Below are positions 39,403 through 48,161 of a DNA stretch of 64,000 nucleotides, piece after piece. Position numbers and translations under genes: made by a program. This DNA comes from a bacterium (GTDB taxonomy: Bacteria; UBA10199; 2-02-FULL-44-16; JAAZCA01): NCBI GenBank assembly GCA_021810905.1, contig JAJZQH010000003.1, forward strand, positions 1,897-65,896, read 5' to 3'. Positions within the stretch are counted from its first letter, which is position 1. Each line of letters begins with the position of its first letter. Under the pieces are notes generated by a model. That model was given only the letters and a program-made list of their open reading frames with translations. It searched no databases and was not told the DNA's origin.

Positions 39403-40374
39403 TTAAGGACAGAAGGTCATGAGGAACTGCGTATTGCCGGCGCAATTGTGCAGCCCCACGACATCATCATATGAATACGCATACACGCCGCCGGTGCACA
39501 TGCTGTGTATGGCTGCCACGTATTTTGTCGCAGCCACGGGACCCGCGCGGCAGGCGCCCGGGTCGATTGGAGGAGTCGGGCAGCAGTACATCACGGCAGC
39601 GTCGCCCTGCTCGGAGAGGCCCTCGCCGTTGTATCCTGTGTTGTTGGGCCAGTTGAGTTTCTTGCACGGAGAATAGCACCCAAGCGCGGTGTCGGGACTT
39701 GCCGCGTCGAGGACCCTCAGATCCTCGTTGTTATACTCGGGATGCACATCTACCTGTCCCTGGCTTAAGTTCTCGTCGGTCGGGCAGCCGCTTAGATTGA
39801 GGTTTGTGCAGTCGATGGTATTGCAGGAAGAGCAATCCGCGTTGATGCAGGTTGAACCTCCTCCGCCGACGATGGTGACTTTGTAAGGCAAGGAATAACC
39901 GTCGACAGCGCTCGTGTCCCAAGAGGTGATCGGCGGGAGCTTCTGTGCCGGCGCAGAGGGATTCACCGCGCACTGCGTGGGATCGGCATTGGTGCAACCC
40001 CACGTGGCCTCAAATTTGGAATCAATGGGCGGGGCACAGCCTGCTGCCGGGCACGGGTCCGAGCTCTGACCCAACGAGCAGTTCTGGCTGTTGGCATCGC
40101 AACCTGTCTTGGGCCAGAAGCGCGTCGACGCAAGCCCTATATCAGGAATGTTGTAATCCACGTATCCGCCCTTGGCCAATTGAGTGACGGCGGCAGTTCC
40201 GGTGGGCATGTTCGATTGCTGGATCCAGATCGTATAAGAGCAGTTGTTGACGATTCGGAAGAGCGCGGTCTGCGTGGGAAGTCCGCCGCCGCCCCCGCCG
40301 CTGCCGCTTCCTCCTCCACAGCCGAAGCAGAACGCCAATGCGATTATAAGAGACAATGGGCGAAAAATTCTCAT
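39403..40374 (-). CDS. Thaumatin-like (PR-5/osmotin family) lipoprotein
   Basis: Lipobox FCFGCGG. Thaumatin family hallmarks: N-terminal beta-strand FRIVNNCSYTIW, multiple conserved Cys pairs, CCPTPP, GVYAYSYDDVVGLHNC, C-terminal FLMTFCP. Confidence 0.7.
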   Translation of the reverse strand: MRIFRPLSLIIALAFCFGCGGGSGSGGGGGGLPTQTALFRIVNNCSYTIWIQQSNMPTGTAAVTQLAKGGYVDYNIPDIGLASTRFWPKTGCDANSQNCSLGQSSDPCPAAGCAPPIDSKFEATWGCTNADPTQCAVNPSAPAQKLPPITSWDTSAVDGYSLPYKVTIVGGGGSTCINADCSSCNTIDCTNLNLSGCPTDENLSQGQVDVHPEYNNEDLRVLDAASPDTALGCYSPCKKLNWPNNTGYNGEGLSEQGDAAVMYCCPTPPIDPGACRAGPVAATKYVAAIHSMCTGGVYAYSYDDVVGLHNCAGNTQFLMTFCP

Positions 40375-40481
40375 GGTAATATCCCCCTGAGCGGTTCGAC
40401 ACTGTAGAATATGATCGGGGACTATAGACTAATAATTATAGAAATCATCAGGAAAATGACTGGCGAAGTTACACAGGTTCT

Positions 40482-41147
40482 TCAACTCGGCTTGCTGTGG
40501 CGCACATCCCTCCCCTTTGCCGTGAATATCGCGAGTTCCGCGATATTGGTGGAGTGATCCGCCATTCGTTCGAGATAGCGGACGATCGAAGTCGCCGGAA
40601 ACAGCCGGTTCAGATTTTCAGGCTCCTTTTCTGCGCGCTCCAGCAATTCCTTCACGTAATACTCGGTGAGATCGTCCACCACGTCGTCGTTATTGAGCAC
40701 TCCCTCGGCCTTTGCCGCGTTGGAGTTGACGAACGCGTCGATGCTGTCCTTGAGCATCATCTGCACATTGTTCGACATCTGAGTGAGATCGATAGGTGAG
40801 TCCCCGTGCTTCACGATATCTATCACGCGGCTCGCCGTGTTGACGGCTAGGTCCCCCACGCGCTCCAGATCCGTCACTATCTTTAGGCCGCGTGTGATAA
40901 AGCGCAGGTCCCACGCCGCGGGCTGGTAGCGCGCAAGCAGCTCTATGCACTGTTCGTCGATGGATACCTCCAGCGCGTTGACCGCATGATCGCTCTCGAT
41001 TATCTGCTGCGCGAGGGCCGTATCGCGCGAGGCCAGGGCCTTCATGCAATCCGCAACCATCGCCTCAACTTTGGATCCCATGAGCAGGATCTGCTGCTTG
41101 AGCGCCTCGATTGCCTCGTCAAAGTGACGATCGATGTGGTGTTCCAT
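40482..41147 (-). CDS. phoU: Phosphate-specific transport system accessory protein PhoU
   Basis: Two PhoU repeats (…RDTALAQQIIESDHAVNALEV… and …DVVDDLTEYYVKEL…). 221 aa. Immediately downstream of pstB. Confidence 0.9.
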   Translation of the reverse strand: MEHHIDRHFDEAIEALKQQILLMGSKVEAMVADCMKALASRDTALAQQIIESDHAVNALEVSIDEQCIELLARYQPAAWDLRFITRGLKIVTDLERVGDLAVNTASRVIDIVKHGDSPIDLTQMSNNVQMMLKDSIDAFVNSNAAKAEGVLNNDDVVDDLTEYYVKELLERAEKEPENLNRLFPATSIVRYLERMADHSTNIAELAIFTAKGRDVRHSKPS

Positions 41148-41155
41148 GATTCCTC

Positions 41156-41908
41156 CTATCCATAGCGTCCGGATATATAGTCTTCAGTGCGTTCGTCGCG
41201 CGGCGCGGTGAAGAGCTGCGTGGTCTTTCCGAATTCTATGAGTTCGCCGAGCAGCATAAAACCGCAGTCCTCGGAGACGCGCGCGGCCTGCTGCATGTTG
41301 TGCGTAACGATGACGATCGTGTATTCGCTCCTGAGGTCCTGCATCAGCTCTTCGATGTGCGCGGTGGCTATAGGGTCGAGCGCCGAGCACGGCTCGTCCA
41401 TGAGCAGGATCTCGGGCTTTGTGGCGAGCGCCCTCGCGATGCAGAGGCGCTGCTGCTGCTCGCCCGAGAGGGAGAGCGCGCCCGTCTTGAGCTTGTCCTT
41501 GAGATCCTCCCACAGCCCCACTCCCGTGAGGCATTTCTCGACTGTCTCCTCCACCTGCGACCTGTTGCCGATACCGTGGATTCTCATCCCGTAAGCGATG
41601 TTCTCGAAAATGTTCAGCGGAAACGGATTCGGGCGCTGGAAGACCATGCCTACGGTCCTGCGCAACTTGAGGATATCCTCATCGAGCAGCGGGCGACCCA
41701 GCACGCTCACGTCTCCCGTGATGCGCACGCCGGGGATGAGGTCGTTCATGCGGTTGAATACGCGAAGCAAAGTGGACTTGCCGCAACCCGAAGGTCCGAT
41801 GATCGAGGTGATGCGTTTGGGCGCAATGGAGACGGACACGGACTTCAGCGCATGGAAGTCGCCATAGAACAAGTTCAGGTCTGTGCAGGTTATGGAATCC
41901 ATCCTCAT
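41156..41908 (-). CDS. pstB: Phosphate ABC transporter ATP-binding protein PstB
   Basis: Walker [18 protein letters not shown] signature, PstB-typical length 250 aa. Overlaps upstream paralog by 4 nt. Confidence 0.9.
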   Translation of the reverse strand: MRMDSITCTDLNLFYGDFHALKSVSVSIAPKRITSIIGPSGCGKSTLLRVFNRMNDLIPGVRITGDVSVLGRPLLDEDILKLRRTVGMVFQRPNPFPLNIFENIAYGMRIHGIGNRSQVEETVEKCLTGVGLWEDLKDKLKTGALSLSGEQQQRLCIARALATKPEILLMDEPCSALDPIATAHIEELMQDLRSEYTIVIVTHNMQQAARVSEDCGFMLLGELIEFGKTTQLFTAPRDERTEDYISGRYG

Positions 41909-42669
41909 CCAAACTTTCCAGTTACGTAATCCTCGGTGCGTTTGTCGCCCGGGGCGGTGAAGATCTTATTTGTATCGTCTACCTCTATCAGTTTTCCCAT
42001 GAGCAGAAAGGCCGTGCGGTCGCCCACTCGCGCTGCCTGCTTCGTGTTATTCGTGACGAGGATCAGCGTGTGCCTCGCCTTGAGTTCCTTCATCGCCTCT
42101 TCCACCTTTGCGGTGGAGATCGGGTCGAGGCCAGAGCACGGCTCGTCGAACATTATCACTTCGGGGCCCACCGCGAGCGTGCGCGCGATGCAGAGCCTCT
42201 GCTGCTGCCCGCCGGAGAGCTTCACCGCCGAACTGTCGAGCCTGTCCTTGACCTCGTCCCAGAGATAGGAGGCTACGAGCGTCTGCTCCACGAGATCGTC
42301 GGATGCCGATTTTCGAAGCCTGCGCACGAGTCTGGGTCCGAAGAGGATATTGTCGCGTATGCTCATGGGAAGCGGTATCGGCATCGCATAGACCATTCCG
42401 ATGCGCCGCCGCAACTCCTGGACGTCCCTGATTGCAGCCACGTCCTGCCCGCCCAGAAGAACGCTCCCTTCCACCGTGGCGTTGGTGACGCGCTCTATCA
42501 TACGGTTGATCGCCATGAGCAGCGTCGACTTGCCTGAGTTGGCCGGACCGATAATAGAGAGGATTTCGTTCTCCGCGATGTTGAGGGTCACCCCTTGCAA
42601 GGCAACTGCATCGCCGAATCTCACGCTGAGATCCAAAATTTCTATCTTGTTCTTCATGCGCGCCGTCAT
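41905..42669 (-). CDS. pstB: Second PstB-like phosphate ABC transporter ATPase (tandem paralog)
   Basis: Walker [18 protein letters not shown]. 254 aa. Sits between pstA and the other pstB. Confidence 0.85.
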   Translation of the reverse strand: MTARMKNKIEILDLSVRFGDAVALQGVTLNIAENEILSIIGPANSGKSTLLMAINRMIERVTNATVEGSVLLGGQDVAAIRDVQELRRRIGMVYAMPIPLPMSIRDNILFGPRLVRRLRKSASDDLVEQTLVASYLWDEVKDRLDSSAVKLSGGQQQRLCIARTLAVGPEVIMFDEPCSGLDPISTAKVEEAMKELKARHTLILVTNNTKQAARVGDRTAFLLMGKLIEVDDTNKIFTAPGDKRTEDYVTGKFG

Positions 42670-43508
42670 GCCGCCCTCCGGCCGCGCATCAAGCGATGCA
42701 TCATCGTGTACGCCGTTATGTTGATGACGAGTATCGTGCAGATAAGGACGGCGGCCGTTGCGTACGCGTTGTCGTTCGATATCCCCTCACGCGCCAGGAT
42801 GTAAAAATGCACGGACATCGTGCGCGCGGAATCGAAGAGCGAGCGCGGCATCTGCACGGCGGAGCCCGCGGTGAATATGACGACTGCGGTCTCTTCTATC
42901 GAGCGGCCGATACCGAGGATTACGCCGGTGAGTACGCCTGGCAGCGCGTACGGAAGCACGGCGCGCGTCACTACCTGCCAGCGCGTAGCGCCGAGCGATG
43001 CGGCCACGTCGCGATAGTTGCGAGGCACCGCGCGCATTGCCTCTTCCGCCGTGCGGATGATGGTGGGCAGCACCATCGCGGCGAGCGAGAGGCCGCCGGA
43101 GATTATCGACCACCCGAAACCCAGCATAACCACGAATAGGATGAAGCCGAAGAGTCCGAATATTATCGATGGAACGCCCGCAAGGCAATTGATGCCGAAG
43201 CGGATCGTCTGCGTGACCTTGCCCTCCTGCGTGTATTCAGCGAGATAGATCGCTGAGGCGATGCCGAGCGGAGCCGCGATACCTATCGCCACGAACACCA
43301 TGAGGATCGTGCCCACGATGGCGGGCAGGATGCCGCCCGCGCGGCCCATATCCAGAATCGGCTCTGTGAGGAATGCCCACGTCACGTGCTTGAGGCCGCC
43401 TACCAGCACGAAGCCTATAACGAAGACGAGCGCCGCAACTGCCGACGCGCACGCGAGCGTGAGTGAAATCTTCGCGATCTTCTGCGTTATGGACGGCGGA
43501 ATGCGCAT
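42666..43508 (-). CDS. pstA: Phosphate ABC transporter permease PstA
   Basis: 280 aa polytopic permease with EAA-like loop. Position after pstC. Confidence 0.85.
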   Translation of the reverse strand: MRIPPSITQKIAKISLTLACASAVAALVFVIGFVLVGGLKHVTWAFLTEPILDMGRAGGILPAIVGTILMVFVAIGIAAPLGIASAIYLAEYTQEGKVTQTIRFGINCLAGVPSIIFGLFGFILFVVMLGFGWSIISGGLSLAAMVLPTIIRTAEEAMRAVPRNYRDVAASLGATRWQVVTRAVLPYALPGVLTGVILGIGRSIEETAVVIFTAGSAVQMPRSLFDSARTMSVHFYILAREGISNDNAYATAAVLICTILVINITAYTMMHRLMRGRRAA

Positions 43509-44390
43509 CTAGAATCGCCTCCTCGCCACGCGCAGCGCCACGGTGTTGAGCGCCATGATGAAGAAGAAGAGGACTATGCCCGTCGCGAAGAGCGCCTCGC
43601 GGTGATCGCCCACCGCGTAACCCATCTCGATGGCGATGTTGGCGGTGAGCGTTCGCACGGAATCGAGTATGGAATGCGGAATCTGCGTGGCGTTGCCGGA
43701 GATCATGATCACGGCCATGGTCTCGCCGACCGCGCGCCCCATGCCGAGGATCACGCCCGCGAGAATGCCGGAACGTGCTGCCGGAAGAATCACTCGCCAC
43801 GCGGTCTGCCACTCCGTCGCCCCGAGCGCGAGCGAGCCTTCCTTGTAGCTCCTGGGCACCGCATGGATCGCGTCGATCGATACGCCCACTATCGTGGGCA
43901 GGATCATGATGGCCAGCACGCAGGAAGCCGCGAGTATCGAAAGCCCCGGCCCACCCAGATGTACTCTAATGATAGGGGCCAGCCACATGACTCCGAGAAA
44001 TCCGTAAACCACCGAAGGGATGCCGGCGAGAAGCTCGATGGCGGGCTTGAGCACTGCGGCGAGCCTGGCCGGAGCAAACTCCGCGAGAAAGACCGCGCAT
44101 GCGACACCAAGCGGCACGCCGAGTATCAACGCCCCTGCGGTAACCCACAGCGATCCTATTATAAAAGGAAGTATGCCGAACTGCCCTTCGAGCGGAGACC
44201 ATATCCTGCCAAAGAGAAAATGGCCGAGCCCGCTCCTGATAATGATCGGCACGCCCTCCTTGAATATAAAGAGGGCAATGAGCGCCAGGATCGCAATCGA
44301 GGAGCACGCGGCGATAAAGAGCAGCTTTGAAATAAATCGATCCATAAGAAAGCTTGTGAGGCAAGCGACGGGATGGAGTATTCTCGGCAC
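43509..44390 (-). CDS. pstC: Phosphate ABC transporter permease PstC
   Basis: 293 aa polytopic permease. Immediately follows pstS and precedes pstA. Confidence 0.85.
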   Translation of the reverse strand: MPRILHPVACLTSFLMDRFISKLLFIAACSSIAILALIALFIFKEGVPIIIRSGLGHFLFGRIWSPLEGQFGILPFIIGSLWVTAGALILGVPLGVACAVFLAEFAPARLAAVLKPAIELLAGIPSVVYGFLGVMWLAPIIRVHLGGPGLSILAASCVLAIMILPTIVGVSIDAIHAVPRSYKEGSLALGATEWQTAWRVILPAARSGILAGVILGMGRAVGETMAVIMISGNATQIPHSILDSVRTLTANIAIEMGYAVGDHREALFATGIVLFFFIMALNTVALRVARRRF

Positions 44391-44510
44391 GCCTTCGTCG
44401 CCTCAGACGCCGGCTCCTCGTCTGCCCTCCGGACGCCGCGTTATTAGAGGCTTAGAAAGCGGCGTCCTCCGAGCGCCGAGAAAACTCCATCCCGTCGCTC
44501 GCCTCCAGAG

Positions 44511-45332
44511 TTATTTTGCTGCTATGAGTCCTTCCTTTTCGAGCGTCTTCTGCGCCTCGTCCGAGAGCATGTAATCGAGGAACGCCTTTGTCTGCGGAGA
44601 CGGTTCGCCCTTGGTGAGCAGGAAGATCGGCCGTGCGAGCGGGTACGATCCATTCTTCACGTTGGTGTCGTTTGCCGGAACTCCGTTATAGGTGAGCGCC
44701 TTGACCTTGTCGTTCACCAACCCGATGGAGACATAGCCGATCGCTGTCGGATCGGAGGCAACTGCCTGACGAACGGTGCCCGTTGAGTTTTGGAAGAGCG
44801 CTGAAGGCGCGAGCTTCGCGCCGACCAGCACCAGCTTGTCAAATGAGCGCCGCGTGCCGCTCCCCTCCTCGCGCGAGATCACGTGGATCGGCGAATCGCT
44901 GCCGCCCAGATCCTTCCAGTTTGCAACTTTGCCGGAGAATACGTCTCGCGCCTGATCGATGGTGAGCGCCTTGATGGAATTCACCGGGTTCACGACGATT
45001 GCTATGCCATCGCGGGCAACGACCGTTGATTTGAGCGCCGCTGCCTCAGGCGGGAGTTCGAGCAGATCCGCCATGCCGATCTGCGCCGCGCCCGAAAGCG
45101 CCGACTGTATGCCCACTGCGGAGCCGCCGCCTTGCACGTTGATCTGCACGTCCTTGTGCGTCTCGCCGTAGCGCTCCGCGAGCTTCTCGGCGAACGGCTG
45201 GAACGCGGTCGAACCGGCCAGGGTAATCGAATTTGCTGATGCGCGCGAGCATCCATTGCTTGCCAACGCGGCGAAGACGAAACCGCAACTCACAAATACA
45301 GCCAGGGCCTTCATTGATATCCTGTTCATGTG
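44511..45332 (-). CDS. pstS: Phosphate-binding periplasmic protein PstS
   Basis: Track ORF trimmed to MNRISMKALAVF. Signal peptide + PstS/PBP-like fold (GSTAFQPFAEKLAERYG, QGGGSAVGIQ). Confidence 0.85.
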   Translation of the reverse strand, partial: HMNRISMKALAVFVSCGFVFAALASNGCSRASANSITLAGSTAFQPFAEKLAERYGETHKDVQINVQGGGSAVGIQSALSGAAQIGMADLLELPPEAAALKSTVVARDGIAIVVNPVNSIKALTIDQARDVFSGKVANWKDLGGSDSPIHVISREEGSGTRRSFDKLVLVGAKLAPSALFQNSTGTVRQAVASDPTAIGYVSIGLVNDKVKALTYNGVPANDTNVKNGSYPLARPIFLLTKGEPSPQTKAFLDYMLSDEAQKTLEKEGLIAAK

Positions 45333-45394
45333 ATGCCTCCGTTTTGTTATCAAGCAATTGAGTAATGAACCAACATGAGTCACATGTTCGAAAT

Positions 45395-45412
45395 TTGTTA
45401 AAAAAATGTTAA
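45395..45412 (-). promoter_or_regulatory. Candidate Pho box (TTAACAT-TTTT-TTAACAA, 7+4+7 direct repeat) upstream of pstS
   Basis: On - strand the sequence TTAACATTTTTTTAACAA has the 11-bp-phased direct-repeat architecture of PhoB sites. Similar TAAC(A/G)AT repeats upstream of porin and phoA. Confidence 0.35.
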
Positions 45413-45442
45413 GGCGGCTTTATCGTCATAAAGCAAGGCATT

Positions 45443-46591
45443 TCATAGATATAACTGCAGCTGGACCCTCGCACGGTGGTCGATCTCTCCCTGAATGAAC
45501 CCCGGCGCTCCACCGGTCGTGACGATATTGGCTGGCCCGTTCACTCCGGCAGTTCCTCCAGCGCCTTTAACGAGTGCTCCGTTGATGAGGGCGCTGTAAT
45601 CCGCCTGAATTTTCAGATTGTGGCCGAAGAAGTAATAGTTGAAACATGCACCGGCTTCATAACCTTTAGTCACGCCTCCGGTGGGAACAACCCCCGCGAA
45701 TCTCCCCGCGACCTCAAAACGCTTTGGAATCAGAAAATAGCCGGCCTCGCCAAGGAAGCCGAACGTGTTTGTCTTTGCAGTGTGGTTCCTCAGGTAGTTG
45801 CCCTCACCATATAGGGAGAATCCCCGATACTGCAGGATGACATCGCTGGTCGTTGCTATTGTCGTGGCCTCGGGAACGGTTCCGCCGAGACGATTGTAGT
45901 TGCCGGCAATACCCACTGCCAGTTTAGGCGTCTCGGAAAAATCCAGATCGCTTATCGTGTAACCGGGCTCACCCAGGATGTTGAAGACAAGTCGGCCGCC
46001 CACAAGAAACATGAGATTGCGATTTGCAGCGTTAATATTGTTTCCGTCGTTAACCGCGAACACCGAATATTCCAGCCACCTGTCAACCGGCTTTCCGTGC
46101 ATCTCAATTCCCAGACCGCGGCCGAACGAGAAGGCCTCGTTGTTTACCGAGCGATCCACGAACTGCAGCTTCGTACTAGAAGTCAGCTCTTCCCTGTTAT
46201 AGGGCGCCTTAAACTGCCCGGCTTTCACTTGAATCCCATGACCGAAGTCATAATTGATGTATGCATCGCGCAGGTTCGGCCCGGTGTAAGCGACTCCAGG
46301 CGAAGCATTGGTCGTTCTGCCGCCCACCGCTTCAAACTGAACTTTGTAAGTAAGCTCTTTTGTGAAGGCATGCCCTGAAAAGATGAGCCGGCCGCGCCTG
46401 ATCTGAAACGAATTCGTCTTGCCGTGTCCTTCGATTGATACGAATTGATACTGCGGTTGCAGTTGGATTCCGAATTTCAATTCAAACTTTCCGTCGTCGG
46501 ATTCGAGCGTCAAGGGCTTATCGGCCCATGCCGCACGCCCTCCGCCGATGATGAACAGCACACCGATCAGCATTATGATAATCTTCCGCAT
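45443..46591 (-). CDS. Phosphate-selective porin O/P family outer-membrane protein
   Basis: Signal peptide. Beta-barrel pattern ending in aromatic residue. Porin O/P family similarity. Located in Pho cluster. Confidence 0.7.
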   Translation of the reverse strand: MRKIIIMLIGVLFIIGGGRAAWADKPLTLESDDGKFELKFGIQLQPQYQFVSIEGHGKTNSFQIRRGRLIFSGHAFTKELTYKVQFEAVGGRTTNASPGVAYTGPNLRDAYINYDFGHGIQVKAGQFKAPYNREELTSSTKLQFVDRSVNNEAFSFGRGLGIEMHGKPVDRWLEYSVFAVNDGNNINAANRNLMFLVGGRLVFNILGEPGYTISDLDFSETPKLAVGIAGNYNRLGGTVPEATTIATTSDVILQYRGFSLYGEGNYLRNHTAKTNTFGFLGEAGYFLIPKRFEVAGRFAGVVPTGGVTKGYEAGACFNYYFFGHNLKIQADYSALINGALVKGAGGTAGVNGPANIVTTGGAPGFIQGEIDHRARVQLQLYL

Positions 46592-46682
46592 CTAACGCTC
46601 CTTTCCTCACATTGAAAGTGCTCGTGATTGACGACGAGGATGACCTGCAGGACTGCGCCACGACCTGGACAATATAGATCAA

Positions 46683-46725
46683 ATCGTTACGAACGCCTTG
46701 TTCGGAAATCGTTAGAAAATTGTTA
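46683..46725 (-). promoter_or_regulatory. Candidate Pho boxes (TAACAAT-TTTC-TAACGAT ... TAACGAT) upstream of porin O/P gene
   Basis: Three TAAC(A/G)AT direct repeats on - strand. First two are 11-bp phased. Confidence 0.35.
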
Positions 46726-46752
46726 ATGCGTGAACTTGTAGCTCATCAAGAC

Positions 46753-46900
46753 AATGAATGCTCCCCGCGGCAAGCCGCGGGGTATCACCGGCAACATCTC
46801 CGATCACCCTCACCCCTGCCTACCGGCAGGCAGGCTTCCCTCTCCCCTCAAGGGAGAGTGGCGGAACCCCCGCAACAAGCTGCGGGGAATCATCTCATTG
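46753..46900 (+). repeat. MITE-like ~130-150-bp repeat element (three stem-loops, imperfect terminal inverted repeats)
   Basis: AATGAATGCTCCCCGCGGCAAGCCGCGGGG...CTCCCCTCAAGGGAGAG...CCCCGCAACAAGCTGCGGGGAATCATCTCATTGA. Copies at 52425..52554, 55829..55958 and inverted at 23032..23152. Confidence 0.75.
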
Positions 46901-46901
46901 A

Positions 46902-48059
46902 CTATCTTTCAAAGAGTGCGGTTGAAATGAGGCGATGTATATCGGTATTTTCGATCGTCCCTGACTTGAAGTGGTCCTTCATGCCAATCGCGAAGAGAGG
47001 GACGTCGACTGCGGTGTGCGCGGCCTCAAGTGAAGCGGGATCGTTCGGATCGAGGACGCGCGGATACGCAGAGTGCGGACCCGTCGCCCACGTGATGATC
47101 GGGTAAAGCCTTCCGTCTGCATCCTCGCCGGCATTTGCGAGGACGCTGCTGCCTGCCTTCGCATAGCCGTTTATCGCAAGTCCGCCGGTTTCGTGATCCG
47201 CCGTCACCAGTATCAGCGCCTTCTCCGGATCCGTCATCGAGGCACCGGCGCGGACAGCGGCGTCGAACTCGATGGTTTCTTCAAACGCGTCGTGCGCCCG
47301 GTTATCATGTTCTGCCTGGTCGATTCGACCGCCCTCGACCATGAGGAAAAATCCTTTTGGATTTTTTGAGAGCCGTTCGATGGCGATCTTCGTCATCTCG
47401 GGGAGCGAGGGCCCTGAATATCCGGACTGCTTTCTCTCGAGCACAAATGGGATATGGCTGTCCGCGAAGCAGCCGACAACCTTTTGATCGATCGGCGCCA
47501 TCTTTATATCCCGCAGATTGTATGCCAGCGTGAAGCCCTTCCTGGTCACTTCATCCTTTGAGAAATATTTACAGCCACCTCCCATTGTCACATCGATCTC
47601 CGAGTCCAGCAGCTGGCCCGCGATTTTTTGCTCCTCGTTGCGATCAGCAACGTGTGCATAAAAACCCGCCGGCGTTGCATGGGTGATGCGAGTAGTGGTG
47701 ACGAGACCCACGGAGAGCCCCATTTTTTTTGCCTCTTCGGCTATCGTTACGAGCCTGTGATTCAGATCGCACCTGGGTCCCAGACCTAGACAACCGTTAT
47801 CGGCCTTGCTTCCGGTAGCCATAGCTGTAATTGCAGCCGCTGAGTCGGTCACCATCTTGTTGTGAGATCCTGTGCGCACGTGAGCGATGAGCGGGAGCTC
47901 ATCAATGAAGAGACCGCCGCGCCGCTCATTCTTATAAAGCCGAGTTGCAGTGATATCCGCGACGCCCATCCCGTCTCCGATGAAGAGGATGACATCTCTC
48001 GCATGAGCGGTTTGCGAGATGAGGCATGCTGCCAGCGCTATTGCAATTTTGAATTTCAT
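46902..48059 (-). CDS. phoA: Alkaline phosphatase
   Basis: Motifs DGMGV, DSAAAITAMATG (active-site Ser), EGGRIDQAEHDN, TADHETGG. Signal peptide. Confidence 0.85.
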   Translation of the reverse strand: MKFKIAIALAACLISQTAHARDVILFIGDGMGVADITATRLYKNERRGGLFIDELPLIAHVRTGSHNKMVTDSAAAITAMATGSKADNGCLGLGPRCDLNHRLVTIAEEAKKMGLSVGLVTTTRITHATPAGFYAHVADRNEEQKIAGQLLDSEIDVTMGGGCKYFSKDEVTRKGFTLAYNLRDIKMAPIDQKVVGCFADSHIPFVLERKQSGYSGPSLPEMTKIAIERLSKNPKGFFLMVEGGRIDQAEHDNRAHDAFEETIEFDAAVRAGASMTDPEKALILVTADHETGGLAINGYAKAGSSVLANAGEDADGRLYPIITWATGPHSAYPRVLDPNDPASLEAAHTAVDVPLFAIGMKDHFKSGTIENTDIHRLISTALFER

Positions 48060-48099
48060 GGTTGTCTCCTTATCCAGTTATTATGAAATAAATATTTTG

Positions 48100-48125
48100 A
48101 ACGTGTAAAAAATTTGTAAGCGTTA
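48100..48125 (-). promoter_or_regulatory. Candidate Pho box (TTAACGC TTACAAA-TTTT-TTACACG) upstream of phoA
   Basis: 11-bp phased TTAC(A)NN repeats on - strand within the 100-bp phoA leader. Confidence 0.3.
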
Positions 48126-48161
48126 ACTCATTGTCGCTGCCCGATCTGGCTCAATGCCGAT

